A stretch of 64,000 bases of DNA from Eledone cirrhosa (Eukaryota), in the NCBI GenBank assembly GCA_964016885.1, contig OZ024742.1, positions 281,542,001 to 281,606,000 on the forward strand, read 5' to 3'. Under the pieces are notes generated by a model. The model had not been told where the DNA came from. It searched no databases and saw only the letters and a list, made by a program, of their open reading frames with translations. Of the stretch, positions 1 to 11,467 are shown one piece after another; position 1 is the stretch's first letter, and every line of letters begins with the position of its first letter. A program made the position numbers and the translations under genes.

Positions 1-178
1 CGACGGGTGAGATTAAGCCGTTTCGACGGCTAATTCTGGACCAGAATTAGCCGTCGAAACGGCTTGAGCTCAGCCGTCGGGGTCTTACTCGTTCCTATTA
101 CCCACTCTACTACCCTAAGTATTGAGTACTTTGGTGCGTTATGGTCCACTTGTTTCCTTACCACATCTCCTTCGTTAT
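1..178 (+). mobile_element. Fold-back PLE/retrozyme-like fragment carrying the 3' half of a hammerhead (family also at 33148-33340, 51461-51668, degenerate at 57928-57985)
   Basis: Perfect palindrome 15-65 centred on 40; the right arm reads GAAA-CGGCT-tgagctc-AGCCG-TC (stem III plus GUC site); a shared ~100-bp tail ends in (TA)n. Confidence 0.7.
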
Positions 179-194
179 ATCTATATATATATAT

Positions 195-275
<81 letters not shown>

Positions 276-600
276 GATAGATAAATAAATAAATAAATAA
301 ATAAATAGATATATTTTGTATTGTATTTTGTATTTTGTCCGAAGATATTTTGCTACATAGGTAGATCACAACGGATAGTTGTTAAAAGATTGACCAGTTA
401 GAAGGTGAACATATTGGCTGACAATGGCTTTATACCTGGAATGTTCCTCTGTATAACGCTAGCCTGAGGAAGTGATATATGAAAGATCAGCAATTACACA
501 TGTATGTAACTCTCCTTTCTTAACGTCACCGATATTTTCCACAGAAAAGAAAGGCAAAGTTCGATACAGTTTGGCACTATTTACGGCCGGCATTGCATCT

Positions 601-760
601 GACTATTTAACAATTCCTCCAATCCACTCGAGGACGTGAGGTAAAAGGCAATGATGACCTTGGTGGGATTCGAACTCAGAGCACAAGGAGAGGTTACATA
701 TAACCACTAAGCATTTGTAATCCGCCTATCAACCAATCCAGCCAAGTGACTGCCGTATAT
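601..760 (-). mobile_element. Diverged tRNA-derived SINE fragment
   Basis: Reverse complement gives ctgagttcgaatcccaccaaggtca..tgcctttt, matching the B-box/core of the SINE family in this window. Confidence 0.5.
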
Positions 761-1000
761 ATCAATACCTGTATAAAAATCATTGGCATATATAGACAAA
801 GTCTCACATCTAAAGTATTTTCTATACTATACATATTAATGCACATTTGTAAATCTCTGTTTACAATTATTTATATCAATTTTCATATGAATATTAAACA
901 TGTAAATTGTTTGCATATGTAAATATATATCAGTGTATCTATATATCTACATATATATGTATGTGTGTGTGTGTATTATATATATATATATATATATATA

Positions 1001-1175
1001 TTGTAATACTTGGGGAGGGTCATGTTTGTGTAATATTGCCAGAATTAATAACAGTGAGTGTGTTCTGTTATTAATTCTGGCAATATTACACAAATATGAC
1101 CCTCCCCAAGTATAACAATATTTGTTTCGACACACGATTTCATATAAAAAACCTCACAAGACTAATTCATCGCCG

Positions 1176-1178
<3 letters not shown>
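1001..1178 (-). mobile_element. Fold-back element in (TA)n with hammerhead-like 3' half
   Basis: Inverted repeat 1001-1053/1065-1119; minus strand gtcGAAA-caaatattg-TT-atact; arm sequence recurs at 45228-45260. Confidence 0.5.
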
Positions 1179-1252
<74 letters not shown>

Positions 1253-1443
1253 TATATACATATATATGAGGGGGCATATGTATATATTACGTCTATGTTC
1301 TAGTCAATGGTTAGCGGCCATGCTAGGTTTATTCGATAGATCGTATTGATCCGAGTATTGAAGATAACTTCCCACAGTGCTGCGCCATAAAATACAATCT
1401 AAAACCACGGAATTGCGAAGTGAACTTCTTTACCACACACACT

Positions 1444-1489
<46 letters not shown>

Positions 1490-1492
<3 letters not shown>

Positions 1493-1700
1493 TGGATTGA
1501 GAAGAGGGTCCGCGTGGTTATTGATAAGGACTGTTAGACGCTAAGGCGACACAAACAAGAGATGGACAGTCTCCCTTCGTTAGCAATTTACTACAGGTCA
1601 CGGATGTTTATAATGCGCCGAAACATCCGTGACTCGTAGTAAACTACTGACGAAGGGAGGCTGTCCATCTCTTGTTTGTGTCGCCTTACCCTCTAACACT
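1490..1700. mobile_element. Fold-back element in (TA)n, probable PLE pLTR fragment
   Basis: About 80-bp imperfect inverted repeat 1533-1610/1620-1698 turning at gccGAAAcatcc; TA repeats on both sides. Confidence 0.5.
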
Positions 1701-2020
1701 ATATATATATATATATTAGAAAGTGAGGTTTTTTTTACAAAATGAAAAATAACCGAGGTCTCCTACACGAGTGAAAGTATAAAGAAAAAAAAAATGAAAT
1801 CGAAAATGAAACTGGAGTCTTACTTAAAAAAAAAAAATATATATTTATTTGGTTCCCACAGACCCTCCATCTCAACTCTACTTTTGAAAAGCAGAAGAAC
1901 TGCGAAACCGGTAAAGGAACCAAATAAATATATATATATTTTTTAAAATAAGACTCCAGTTGCATTTTCGATTTCATCTTTTTTTCTTTATATATTTATA
2001 TATATATATATATATATATA

Positions 2021-3281
2021 ACAACTAGAAATTGATTAACATATAAATAAACATATGAAACAATCACAGGGGATAATTTTTACAAGTGTGTAAGCACACA
2101 TAGCTAGGTAGGTAACTAAATAAAGTTAACTAGAACTTCATAAATAGAGACCTTATAATATGATTAATCTTCCCTGTATATATTCCATTAAAGGACTTGA
2201 CTGCTGTTTCTAGTTGTCGATAACCCTATTCACGCCACTGGGACGAAGCTGGTACGATGTGTTTATTATTAGTAGATACAGCACGTGTTACTGGCCAGTC
2301 GCTGATTTGAACTTAATGCGTAAACACAGATGGCTGGACTTCTTCCTTGTTGAAAATCCAAGTATCGGCCTCTGTGGTTTACCATTCGATTAATTGATGA
2401 AATATATTTCTTTAATGGAATATATACAGGGAAGATTAATCATATTATAAGGTATCTATTTATGAAGTTCTAGTTAACTTTATTTAGTTACTTACCTAGC
2501 TATGTGTGCTTACACACTTGTAAAAATTATCCCCTGTGATTGTTTCATATGTTTATTTATATGTTAATCAATTTCTAGTTGTTATAAAATGCTCGGTCTT
2601 ATTCATTAGAATCTTGGAGCTTATTTTACGGGTGATATGGCGCATACCTTTCTGGCATGACACCCATAATTTTGATTTAGATGAAATTCACTTTGATTTA
2701 TCTTAATTTTGGATATAGATATATAAATACGGCTCCTTAATTGTAGAGTTAACTCTGTTGAAAGGACTTGACTGCTGTTTCTAGTTGTCGATAACCCTAT
2801 TCACGCCACTGGGACGAAGTTGGTATGATGTGTGTATTTTTAGTAGATACAGCACGTGTTACTGGCCAGTCGCTGATTTGAACTTAATGCGTAAACACAG
2901 ATGGCTGGACTTCTTCCTTGCTGAAAATCCAAGTATCGGCCTCCGTGGTTTACCATTCGATTAATTGGTGAAATATATTTCTTTAATGGAATATATACAG
3001 GGAAGATTAATCATATTATAAGGTATCTATTTATGAAGTTCTAGTTAACTTTATTTAGTTACCTACCTAGCTATGTGTGCTTACACACTTGTAAAAATTA
3101 TCCCCTATGATTGTTTCATATGTTTATTTATATGTTAATCAATTTCTGGTTGTTATAAAATGCTCGGACCTATTCATTAGAATCTTGGAGCTTATTTTAC
3201 GGGTGATATGGCGCATGCCTTTCTGGCATGACACCCATAATTTTGATTTAGATTAAATTCACTTTGATTTATCTTAATTTT

Positions 3282-3290
<9 letters not shown>
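2021..3290. mobile_element. Non-coding element with inverted segment plus tandem duplication (PLE-like architecture)
   Basis: 2021-2192 is the reverse complement of ~2410-2583; 2190-2719 repeats at 2761-3290 (571-bp period, few mismatches); bounded by (TA)n. Confidence 0.65.
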
Positions 3291-3338
<48 letters not shown>

Positions 3339-3507
3339 GTTCAAGAGTAACCAATCTTAAAGAGAGAGATAGAGATAGGAGAGAGGAGAGGATATAGGAG
3401 AGGAGAGATTGGTGAATTAGTTAGAAGCCAAGGTGTAAAGGCATGTGCTCAATGTGCAATATGCAGTAGAAAGCAACTAGGTGGCTGGGTTCATGCAGAA
3501 GTTAGGC

Positions 3508-4255
<748 letters not shown>

Positions 4256-4298
4256 GTGACGAAACATAAGTCAATTGCATGAACTCATAATCCTTTAC

Positions 4299-4358
4299 TT
4301 ACTGCTATATATATTTCGATGATAGCCAGTGAATGGCTATGACATCATCAGGCAGTTA
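4299..4358 (-). ncRNA. Minimal type I hammerhead ribozyme
   Basis: Minus strand: actgc-CTGATGA-tgtc-atagcca-ttcac-tggctat-catc-GAAA-TATATA-TA-gcagt. Confidence 0.8.
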
Positions 4359-4432
4359 ATCAGTTCTTAGATATGCCAGCTCTGTGTTTATGGTGATGAT
4401 GGTATCAGAGTCTTGGGTCATATATATATGTA

Positions 4433-4487
<55 letters not shown>

Positions 4488-4636
4488 TTATATATATATA
4501 CATACATATATATATAAACGGAAAAAATGAAACGAAATTTCATTTTTCACTCTTATGCAAATTAGGCTGCTCAGCCGTTAATATGCATAAGGAAAGTATA
4601 TACTTTGAGACGTTCAATCATCTGGCAGGAAGGTAT

Positions 4637-4679
4637 ACGTTGCTGACGATAGCTAATAAGCTTGAAACTAGTACAACGT
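4637..4679 (+). ncRNA. Minimal type I hammerhead ribozyme, intact
   Basis: acgttg-CTGACGA-t-agct-aata-agct-t-GAAA-CTAG-TA-caacgt; perfect 6-bp stem I and GUA site. Confidence 0.9.
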
Positions 4680-4933
4680 TCCTTTGTCAGTGTTGAACAA
4701 ATGAGCAACGATGGTTGCAAGACACTGTACGGCTTAATTCGGGATGTTTGTTTACAAACACACGGAGCATTATAATAAATGTTCGGTGAATCCATACGTA
4801 CATATATATATGTGTGCATGTATGTATATATATATACATACTACTGTACGTCTGTATACATATATGTATGTACGTATACATACTTATATATATATACATA
4901 TATATTTATATACACATATATATATATATATAA

Positions 4934-5020
4934 GGTACAACTCTCTTCGGTCGCGAATGACCATGGGATTTGCACATAGAAGGTCCCCTAAAGGCACAAG
5001 TCCGGGCAAGGTTGTTTATA
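4934..5020. mobile_element. Short interspersed repeat fragment (cephalopod SINE/LINE-derived)
   Basis: GC-richer tcggtcgcgaatgaccatggga..ggcacaagtccgggcaaggttgttta resembles a common octopus repeat (from recollection, not searched). Confidence 0.35.
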
Positions 5021-5259
5021 TAATCGATATAAATCTAAGTTGCCGCCGTACTATAGCACATACTCAGTGATTTATTAGAGACAGTCAGGAAAGCGCACTA
5101 TTGTGTGAGAAATACAAAATGTTAATGAAGTGTGACACAAAGAATAAAGAGATCAAGATCGATGTAGTATTATTGTCGCAACATGCTTTTGATCGCTTTA
5201 TCCTTGGCGTCACACTTCATTAACTTTATATATACATGTGTAACTGTGTGTGTGTGCGC

Positions 5260-5332
<73 letters not shown>

Positions 5333-5586
5333 CGTTTGTATATTAATAATCTGCGGTATTGGGACTGGGAAGAGAATAAATTAAAGACGTACTAGATAGA
5401 CGGTATGGTGCACAGCTGTGTGCTTTCGACCGATATTTTACTCTTAGTATATATATAAATATATAAACGGAAAAAATGAAACAACATTTTATTTCTCACA
5501 CTTAGTACGGCTGTTACTTATAAGTATGTATACGTATATATATATATTTATACGTATATATATATATTTATACAAACGTACAGTAG

Positions 5587-5639
<53 letters not shown>

Positions 5640-5778
5640 GCACACATATATATAAATGTACGTATGGATTCACCGAACATTTATTATAATGTTCGGTGTG
5701 TTTGTAAACAAACATTCCAAATTAAGTCGTACAGTGTCTGGCAACCATCGTTGCTCATTTGTTCAACACTGACAAAGG

Positions 5779-5822
5779 AACGCTGTACTAGTTTCAATCT
5801 TATTAGCTATCGTCAGCAAGGT
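5779..5822 (-). ncRNA. Hammerhead ribozyme copy 2 of the 4637 family
   Basis: Reverse complement of CTGACGA..GAAA-CTAG-TA; one stem II mismatch and a weakened stem I. Confidence 0.8.
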
Positions 5823-6181
5823 ATGCCTTCCTGCCAGATGTTTGAACGTCTGAAAGTATATACTTTCCTTATGCATATTAACGGCTGAACAGCCTAATTT
5901 GCATAACGAGGGAGTTAATCGGCCGGGCGAGCCGAAAACAATAAACGGAAAAAAATGAAACAAAATTTCATTTCTCAATCTTAGTACGGCTGTTAATTAA
6001 ATATAAGTATGTATACGTACATACATATATGTATGTACGTATATTTCAGGTAAACGAAATTTCATATTTCAGGTAAACGAAATTTCATTTCTCAGTCTTA
6101 TGCAAATTAGGCTGCTCAGCCGTTATTATTCATAATGAAAATATATACTTTCAGACGTTCAATCATCTGACAGGAAGGTAT

Positions 6182-6225
6182 ACGTTACTGACGATAGCTA
6201 ATAAGCTTGAAACTAGTGCAGCGTT
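6182..6225 (+). ncRNA. Hammerhead copy 3, cleavage triplet mutated to GUG
   Basis: CTGACGA(6188)..GAAA-CTAG-TG. Confidence 0.75.
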
Positions 6226-6576
6226 CCTTTGTCAGTGTTGAACAAATGAGCAACTATGGTTGCTAGACACTGTACGGCTTAATTCGGGATGTTTGTTTAC
6301 AAACACACCGAGCATTATAATAAATGTTCGGTGAATCCATACGTACATATATATATGTATGCATGTATGTATATATATATACATACTACTGTACGTCTGT
6401 ATACATATGTGTATGTACGTATACATACTTATATATATATATATTTATATATATATAAACGGAAAAAATGAAACGAAATTTCTTTCTCACTCTTATGCAA
6501 ATTAGGCTGCTCAGCCGTTATTATGCATAAGGAAAGTATATACTTTCAGACGTTCAATCATCTGACAGGAAGGTAT

Positions 6577-6620
6577 ACGTTACTGACGATAGCTAATAAG
6601 CTTGAAACTAGTACAGCGTT
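6577..6620 (+). ncRNA. Hammerhead copy 4
   Basis: CTGACGA(6583)..GAAA-CTAG-TA, 395 nt downstream of copy 3. Confidence 0.8.
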
Positions 6621-6761
6621 CCTTTAGATATACATGTGTAAGTGTGTGTGTGAGTGTGTGCGTCTGTATATTGATAATCTGCGGTATTGGGACGGGGATG
6701 AAAACAAATTGAAGACGTACTAGATAGACGGTATGTGCTTTCGACCGATCCTTTACTCTTA

Positions 6762-6813
<52 letters not shown>

Positions 6814-6829
6814 ATGTATGTATGTATTT

Positions 6830-7288
6830 ATTTAATTTAAATTACTTCTGTATTTTATTTACTCTATTCTTAACTCTGAACCCGATAATCATTCGTTTTC
6901 CTAGTTAGAATTTTAGTTTATGCCTTCAGTTATACCATTTACGTGGTTTTGTCTTTGCGTGCATTTGTTCTCCCCGCTCCATATATGACGTATTATATTC
7001 GTTTTTTTCCCGTTCTTGCCAGGGAACGTTTCCACGAACCAAAGTATCGTCTTCCTGTCTTACTCCGGTTGCCACGTTTTTTGAAATATTTACTTCTGCT
7101 TTCCCAGATTGACTTTTTTAGTTTCAGAAGATCCCGTTAAGGGTGAAAGCAGCGATTCTTTGCTTAAACTTTAATCTGTTATTTTAATAAATATTTGCTC
7201 TACGGTTCTTATATATTTGATATATATTATTCCTTATTGAGCCCTCTTTGTCTTTTAGTCTTCAAATTTATTATTATTATTACAATAA

Positions 7289-7290
<2 letters not shown>
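6830..7290 (+). mobile_element. PLE pLTR-like fragment with mutated hammerhead (7120-7170)
   Basis: agttt-CAGAAGA-t-ccc-gttaa-ggg-t-GAAA-gca..tgc-TT-aaact; same family at 49073-49215. Confidence 0.65.
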
Positions 7291-7329
<39 letters not shown>

Positions 7330-8511
7330 AGTGTGTGTGTGTGTGGGGTGGGGGGTTCGTTTGTGTATAAACATTTTACAGCAATATACTTTACATCTCG
7401 ATAAAAAAGATTGCAATGAATCTAATTTAGAGAAGCTTATAAATATAGAAATGTATTAAGGTAGATCTCAATAAGGTAATGTAAAATAAATAAATGAATC
7501 CCGAGCATCACATCCTTGGGTTATAGTATTTGTTAAGCAGCCTAAAGCAAGAGGGCTCAACAAATATTTCCCTTACTGCAGTTTAATGAGCAAAAGAACA
7601 GAATTGACCATCTTAATTAAGACAGTTCGTTCTGCCAATAGTATCCGAATCGTCAGAGGGTGATCTGAAGGTCTTTATATGAAAAGTATACATTAACCTA
7701 TTGTTTAATATTATGTACGTCCATGAGACTGTACTATAGGAATATTTGGGGGTGGTGAGTTGCGGAGGTGGTGGTGGTTGCGGTGGTGGTGTTGGTGGTG
7801 GTGTGTGTGTGGGGGGGGGATGTTAGTAGATGTGATATTGGTGGCGGTGGTGGTATTGGTGGTAGATGTGGTTTTGGTGGCGCTGGAATAAACCACACAG
7901 CTAAAACAGACGTAAGGTGTTTATAATGAGATGGAGTGTAATTGTAGGAAAATTTGCGGAAAATTTTACAAATGGCAATTGATGGATACTAAGGTTATTG
8001 GTGAGAATGAAAGGGATAGGGATCGTGATGAGGATTCTGGTAATGATGGTGGTGGTGGTAATTTATCAATGGTAAGGGTGGTAATAATGAAGATGTAAAT
8101 AATCTTGAGCACAATATGCTGCATAAAGCAAATAGAGGAGCACTTAAATATATGGACATAAGGGTGCACAATGAACACCTTACCCTCAGAGATTGCGCCG
8201 GATTGCGGAACCTAATGCTAATAATTAGGAGCCTAATGCTAATAATTACCATACGCATCGAGGCCACTTAGAAACAAATGATGGTGTGATATGACCTTAA
8301 ATATTGCATTATATTGGACTTAACACATAAACACCATAAATTAATTTTAGCACTTAGTAGCGATATTATAACACATATCCTCCTTTACTGGCTCACTCTC
8401 TAATTAAAATTGCATATATTTGTATTCTTCATTCTTTTACTCTTATCTAATATTTATGTCCTTTCGCTTATCCAGTTTTATATGTACACACAAATATATA
8501 TATACACACAC

Positions 8512-8581
<70 letters not shown>

Positions 8582-8718
8582 CTTATTGTATTTTCATCCT
8601 AATTCTCAATGCAGTTATAGTTATATCTTCTCAGAAGTTATTGCTATCATATACATATCTCGATGCCCCTATGAAAGAGCATTTGAAAACACTACCGAAT
8701 AAGTATTTTTTTGTTTTT

Positions 8719-8885
8719 AGAGGGTCGGACGCCATGCTTTGCAGCAAAGAGTTACGGCCCTTATCATTCTGAGTTCAAATCCCGCCGAGGTTAACTTTGC
8801 CTTTCATCCTTACTGGGTCGATAAAATAAAGTACCAGTAATGTACTGGGTAATTGCTGGCCTTGTGCCAAAAGTAGAAACAATTA
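8719..8885 (+). mobile_element. tRNA-derived SINE
   Basis: B box gagttcaaatccc, conserved core ttgcctttcatcctta..ggtcgataaaataaagtaccag, tail ggccttgtgcc..gtagaaacaattatt. Confidence 0.85.
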
Positions 8886-9461
8886 TTTGTTTTATAGTTA
8901 TCCATCAGCACTGTTGATATTGTTGTATTTGTTTTTGCGCTGCTATTTCTGTTGTTGTGGTACTCTTTACTGACATTAACTATTTTGAAGATCAATTATT
9001 ATCACCCCAATACAATGGAATTGTAGTACATATGTGCATATGCTCTCAGATTAATGAAAGAGTGACGGTCATATACAGGCCACAAACAAAATGACTTTAC
9101 AGTTGCCTGTGTTCAGGAAATTGTGGCTGTTTATTTGACCTGGCACCAATTAAATACAACACGCACCGTCTGAGTGACGTCCTCTAATAAACTTGAGATT
9201 ACCTTATATGATAAAATAACCCGCTACTAATTAACGATCATACGTGAAATACATGCAACTACGTCTCAGGTGGTGCTGGATAGAGAGACTTTTACCAAGA
9301 TTCACACGTGCTTCACTTTAGAACATCATAAATATTCACGCGAAACATACTGCTGTATAAACAATTACATAATTTATACCATTGAAATGCACATAACAGC
9401 AAAGACTGACTGATTTTACTAAAATGATAAAATATTCCAGAATACCGCCTTAGTTTTCATT

Positions 9462-9493
<32 letters not shown>

Positions 9494-9592
9494 GAGAGAG
9501 AGAGGGGGGTAGAACACTGGAAGGTAATATCCATAGTGGTAGAGCACTCAGTCCATGGGACGAGTTTAGTAGTAGTTTATATATATATATAT

Positions 9593-9736
9593 AGAAGTAG
9601 TAACACAACAGTTAGTTCACCATACCGAGAACAATTGTTTCACCTTAGCGGATCTTCAGCTGGTCCGAGCTGAAGATCCGCTAAGGTGAAACGATTGTTC
9701 TCGGTATGGTGAACTAGCTGTTGTGTTACTACTTCT
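9593..9736. mobile_element. Head-to-head fold-back of a hammerhead-containing pLTR fragment
   Basis: Near-perfect 144-bp palindrome centred ~9664, between TA/CT repeats. Confidence 0.8.
9665..9704 (+). ncRNA. Minimal type I hammerhead ribozyme
   Basis: ccgag-CTGAAGA-t-cc-gctaa-gg-t-GAAA-CGATTG-TT-ctcgg; the mirror copy has CAATTG. Confidence 0.85.
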
Positions 9737-9744
9737 CTCTCTCT

Positions 9745-9854
<110 letters not shown>

Positions 9855-10303
9855 GAGAGGATAAATATATTTCGTGAGAGAGATTGAAAACAGAGCGTGA
9901 AATATAACTTAGGCAGAATACATATAGTGTGACTGTCTTTCCAGTAGCTTCACATAAAATATACAAGATTTATATTAAAATCGGATTTGTTATTTGCATT
10001 CATTTATGCATCTTAGGCTTGCATTGCAAGACTTGCATTGCAAGACTTGCATTCGCGCAGGAAACGCCACTCATATAGCAATAGATATAGAAATGGAAGA
10101 GATTATTAAATAACAGACAGAATGAGAGAGAGAGAGAAAGAGAGATAGATGGGGAGGATAAAGAAAGAGAGAGAGGTGGGGGAAAGAGAGCGAGAGAGAA
10201 AAAAACATTCATATACATATAAAAATTGGGTGGCATATAATAATAACTGCAATTTAAAGTTTGTAGTATTTATTTAAAAACCGCCCGGGTTCCACCATTG
10301 TAT

Positions 10304-10480
<177 letters not shown>

Positions 10481-10506
10481 TATATGCGTGTGGGTGTGTG
10501 TGTATG

Positions 10507-10555
<49 letters not shown>

Positions 10556-11193
10556 GTGAGTTTTATTGAAGTACAATAAAGCAATGCAAATATCGGATAA
10601 GTAGCACTCTACAGTTTGTAGGACTGGAGTATAAATAATATAAGATCAAAAGATGGTTAAAAGAGTTCCAAGTATTTTATTATGCGCATTTCAAAAACAA
10701 ATATCATCGCATTTCAAAAACAAATATCAAAGCCGTTGGAAGATAATATATAATTTAAAAGAATTTGAAATTAAAAGTTGATGAAGAGAAAAAGGGGGGT
10801 TTAAGAATAATATTAAATTAAGGTTTGTATATTGAAGGGTTTAATAATATGTGGGAGGAAAATAAATTGTTAATATGTATTATTAAAATAAAAATATTAA
10901 TCTTATTATTATCTTCCAACGGCTTTTTACCTTCTCTCTGTGAGACAATATATATTTTTCTCAGTTGTAAAGGCTATCTCTCTCTCTCTATCACCCATCT
11001 CTCCTCCTCTCTCATCCTTCCTTCTTATACTCCTCCCCTACCATTCTCTACTCTCATCTCCTACTCTTTCTCACCCTATCCACCGCCCCTCACTTTTTCC
11101 CAATATCACACATCAATCTTAAATTATTTTTCATATGTTGATTTAAAACTTCACTATTCACAAGTGTTTTTTAACCTTCATATCATGTATCCC

Positions 11194-11264
11194 TATTTTA
11201 TCTGATGAAAACGCAGATATCATCTCATGATGATATTTGTTTTTTAAATGCGCATAATAAAATA
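11194..11264 (+). ncRNA. pLTR hammerhead with G12 mutated
   Basis: tattttat-CTGATGA-long stem II-TAAA(normally GAAA)-TGCGCA-TA-ataaaata. Confidence 0.75.
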
Positions 11265-11467
11265 CTTGGAACTCTTTTAACCATATTTTGATCTTATATT
11301 ATTTATACACCAGTCCTACAAATTGTAGCGTGCTACTTATCCGATATTTGCATTGCTTTATTGTACTACAATAAAACTCACCTCCTACATTAACCAGCTC
11401 CTTAACGGTTGAGCGCTAACCCTCATATCGGATACCTTTTGATGGTCTTTCATTTTTCTTCTACAAC

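Larger units (their letters stand above)
4515..6625. mobile_element. Cluster of four retrozyme-like non-coding units (+ 4515-4900, - 5465-5942, + 6074-6456, + 6457-6625)
   Basis: Near-identical ~400-480-bp units, each with the same hammerhead; no meaningful ORF; embedded in (TA)n. Confidence 0.8.

Noticed and set aside
8207-8248. Small local tandem duplications (also 19112-19178 and 41578-41623)
   Set aside because: Two-copy slippage-type duplications with no further structure
8719-8800. tRNA genes at A/B box motifs
   Set aside because: No cloverleaf; they are heads of a multi-copy SINE
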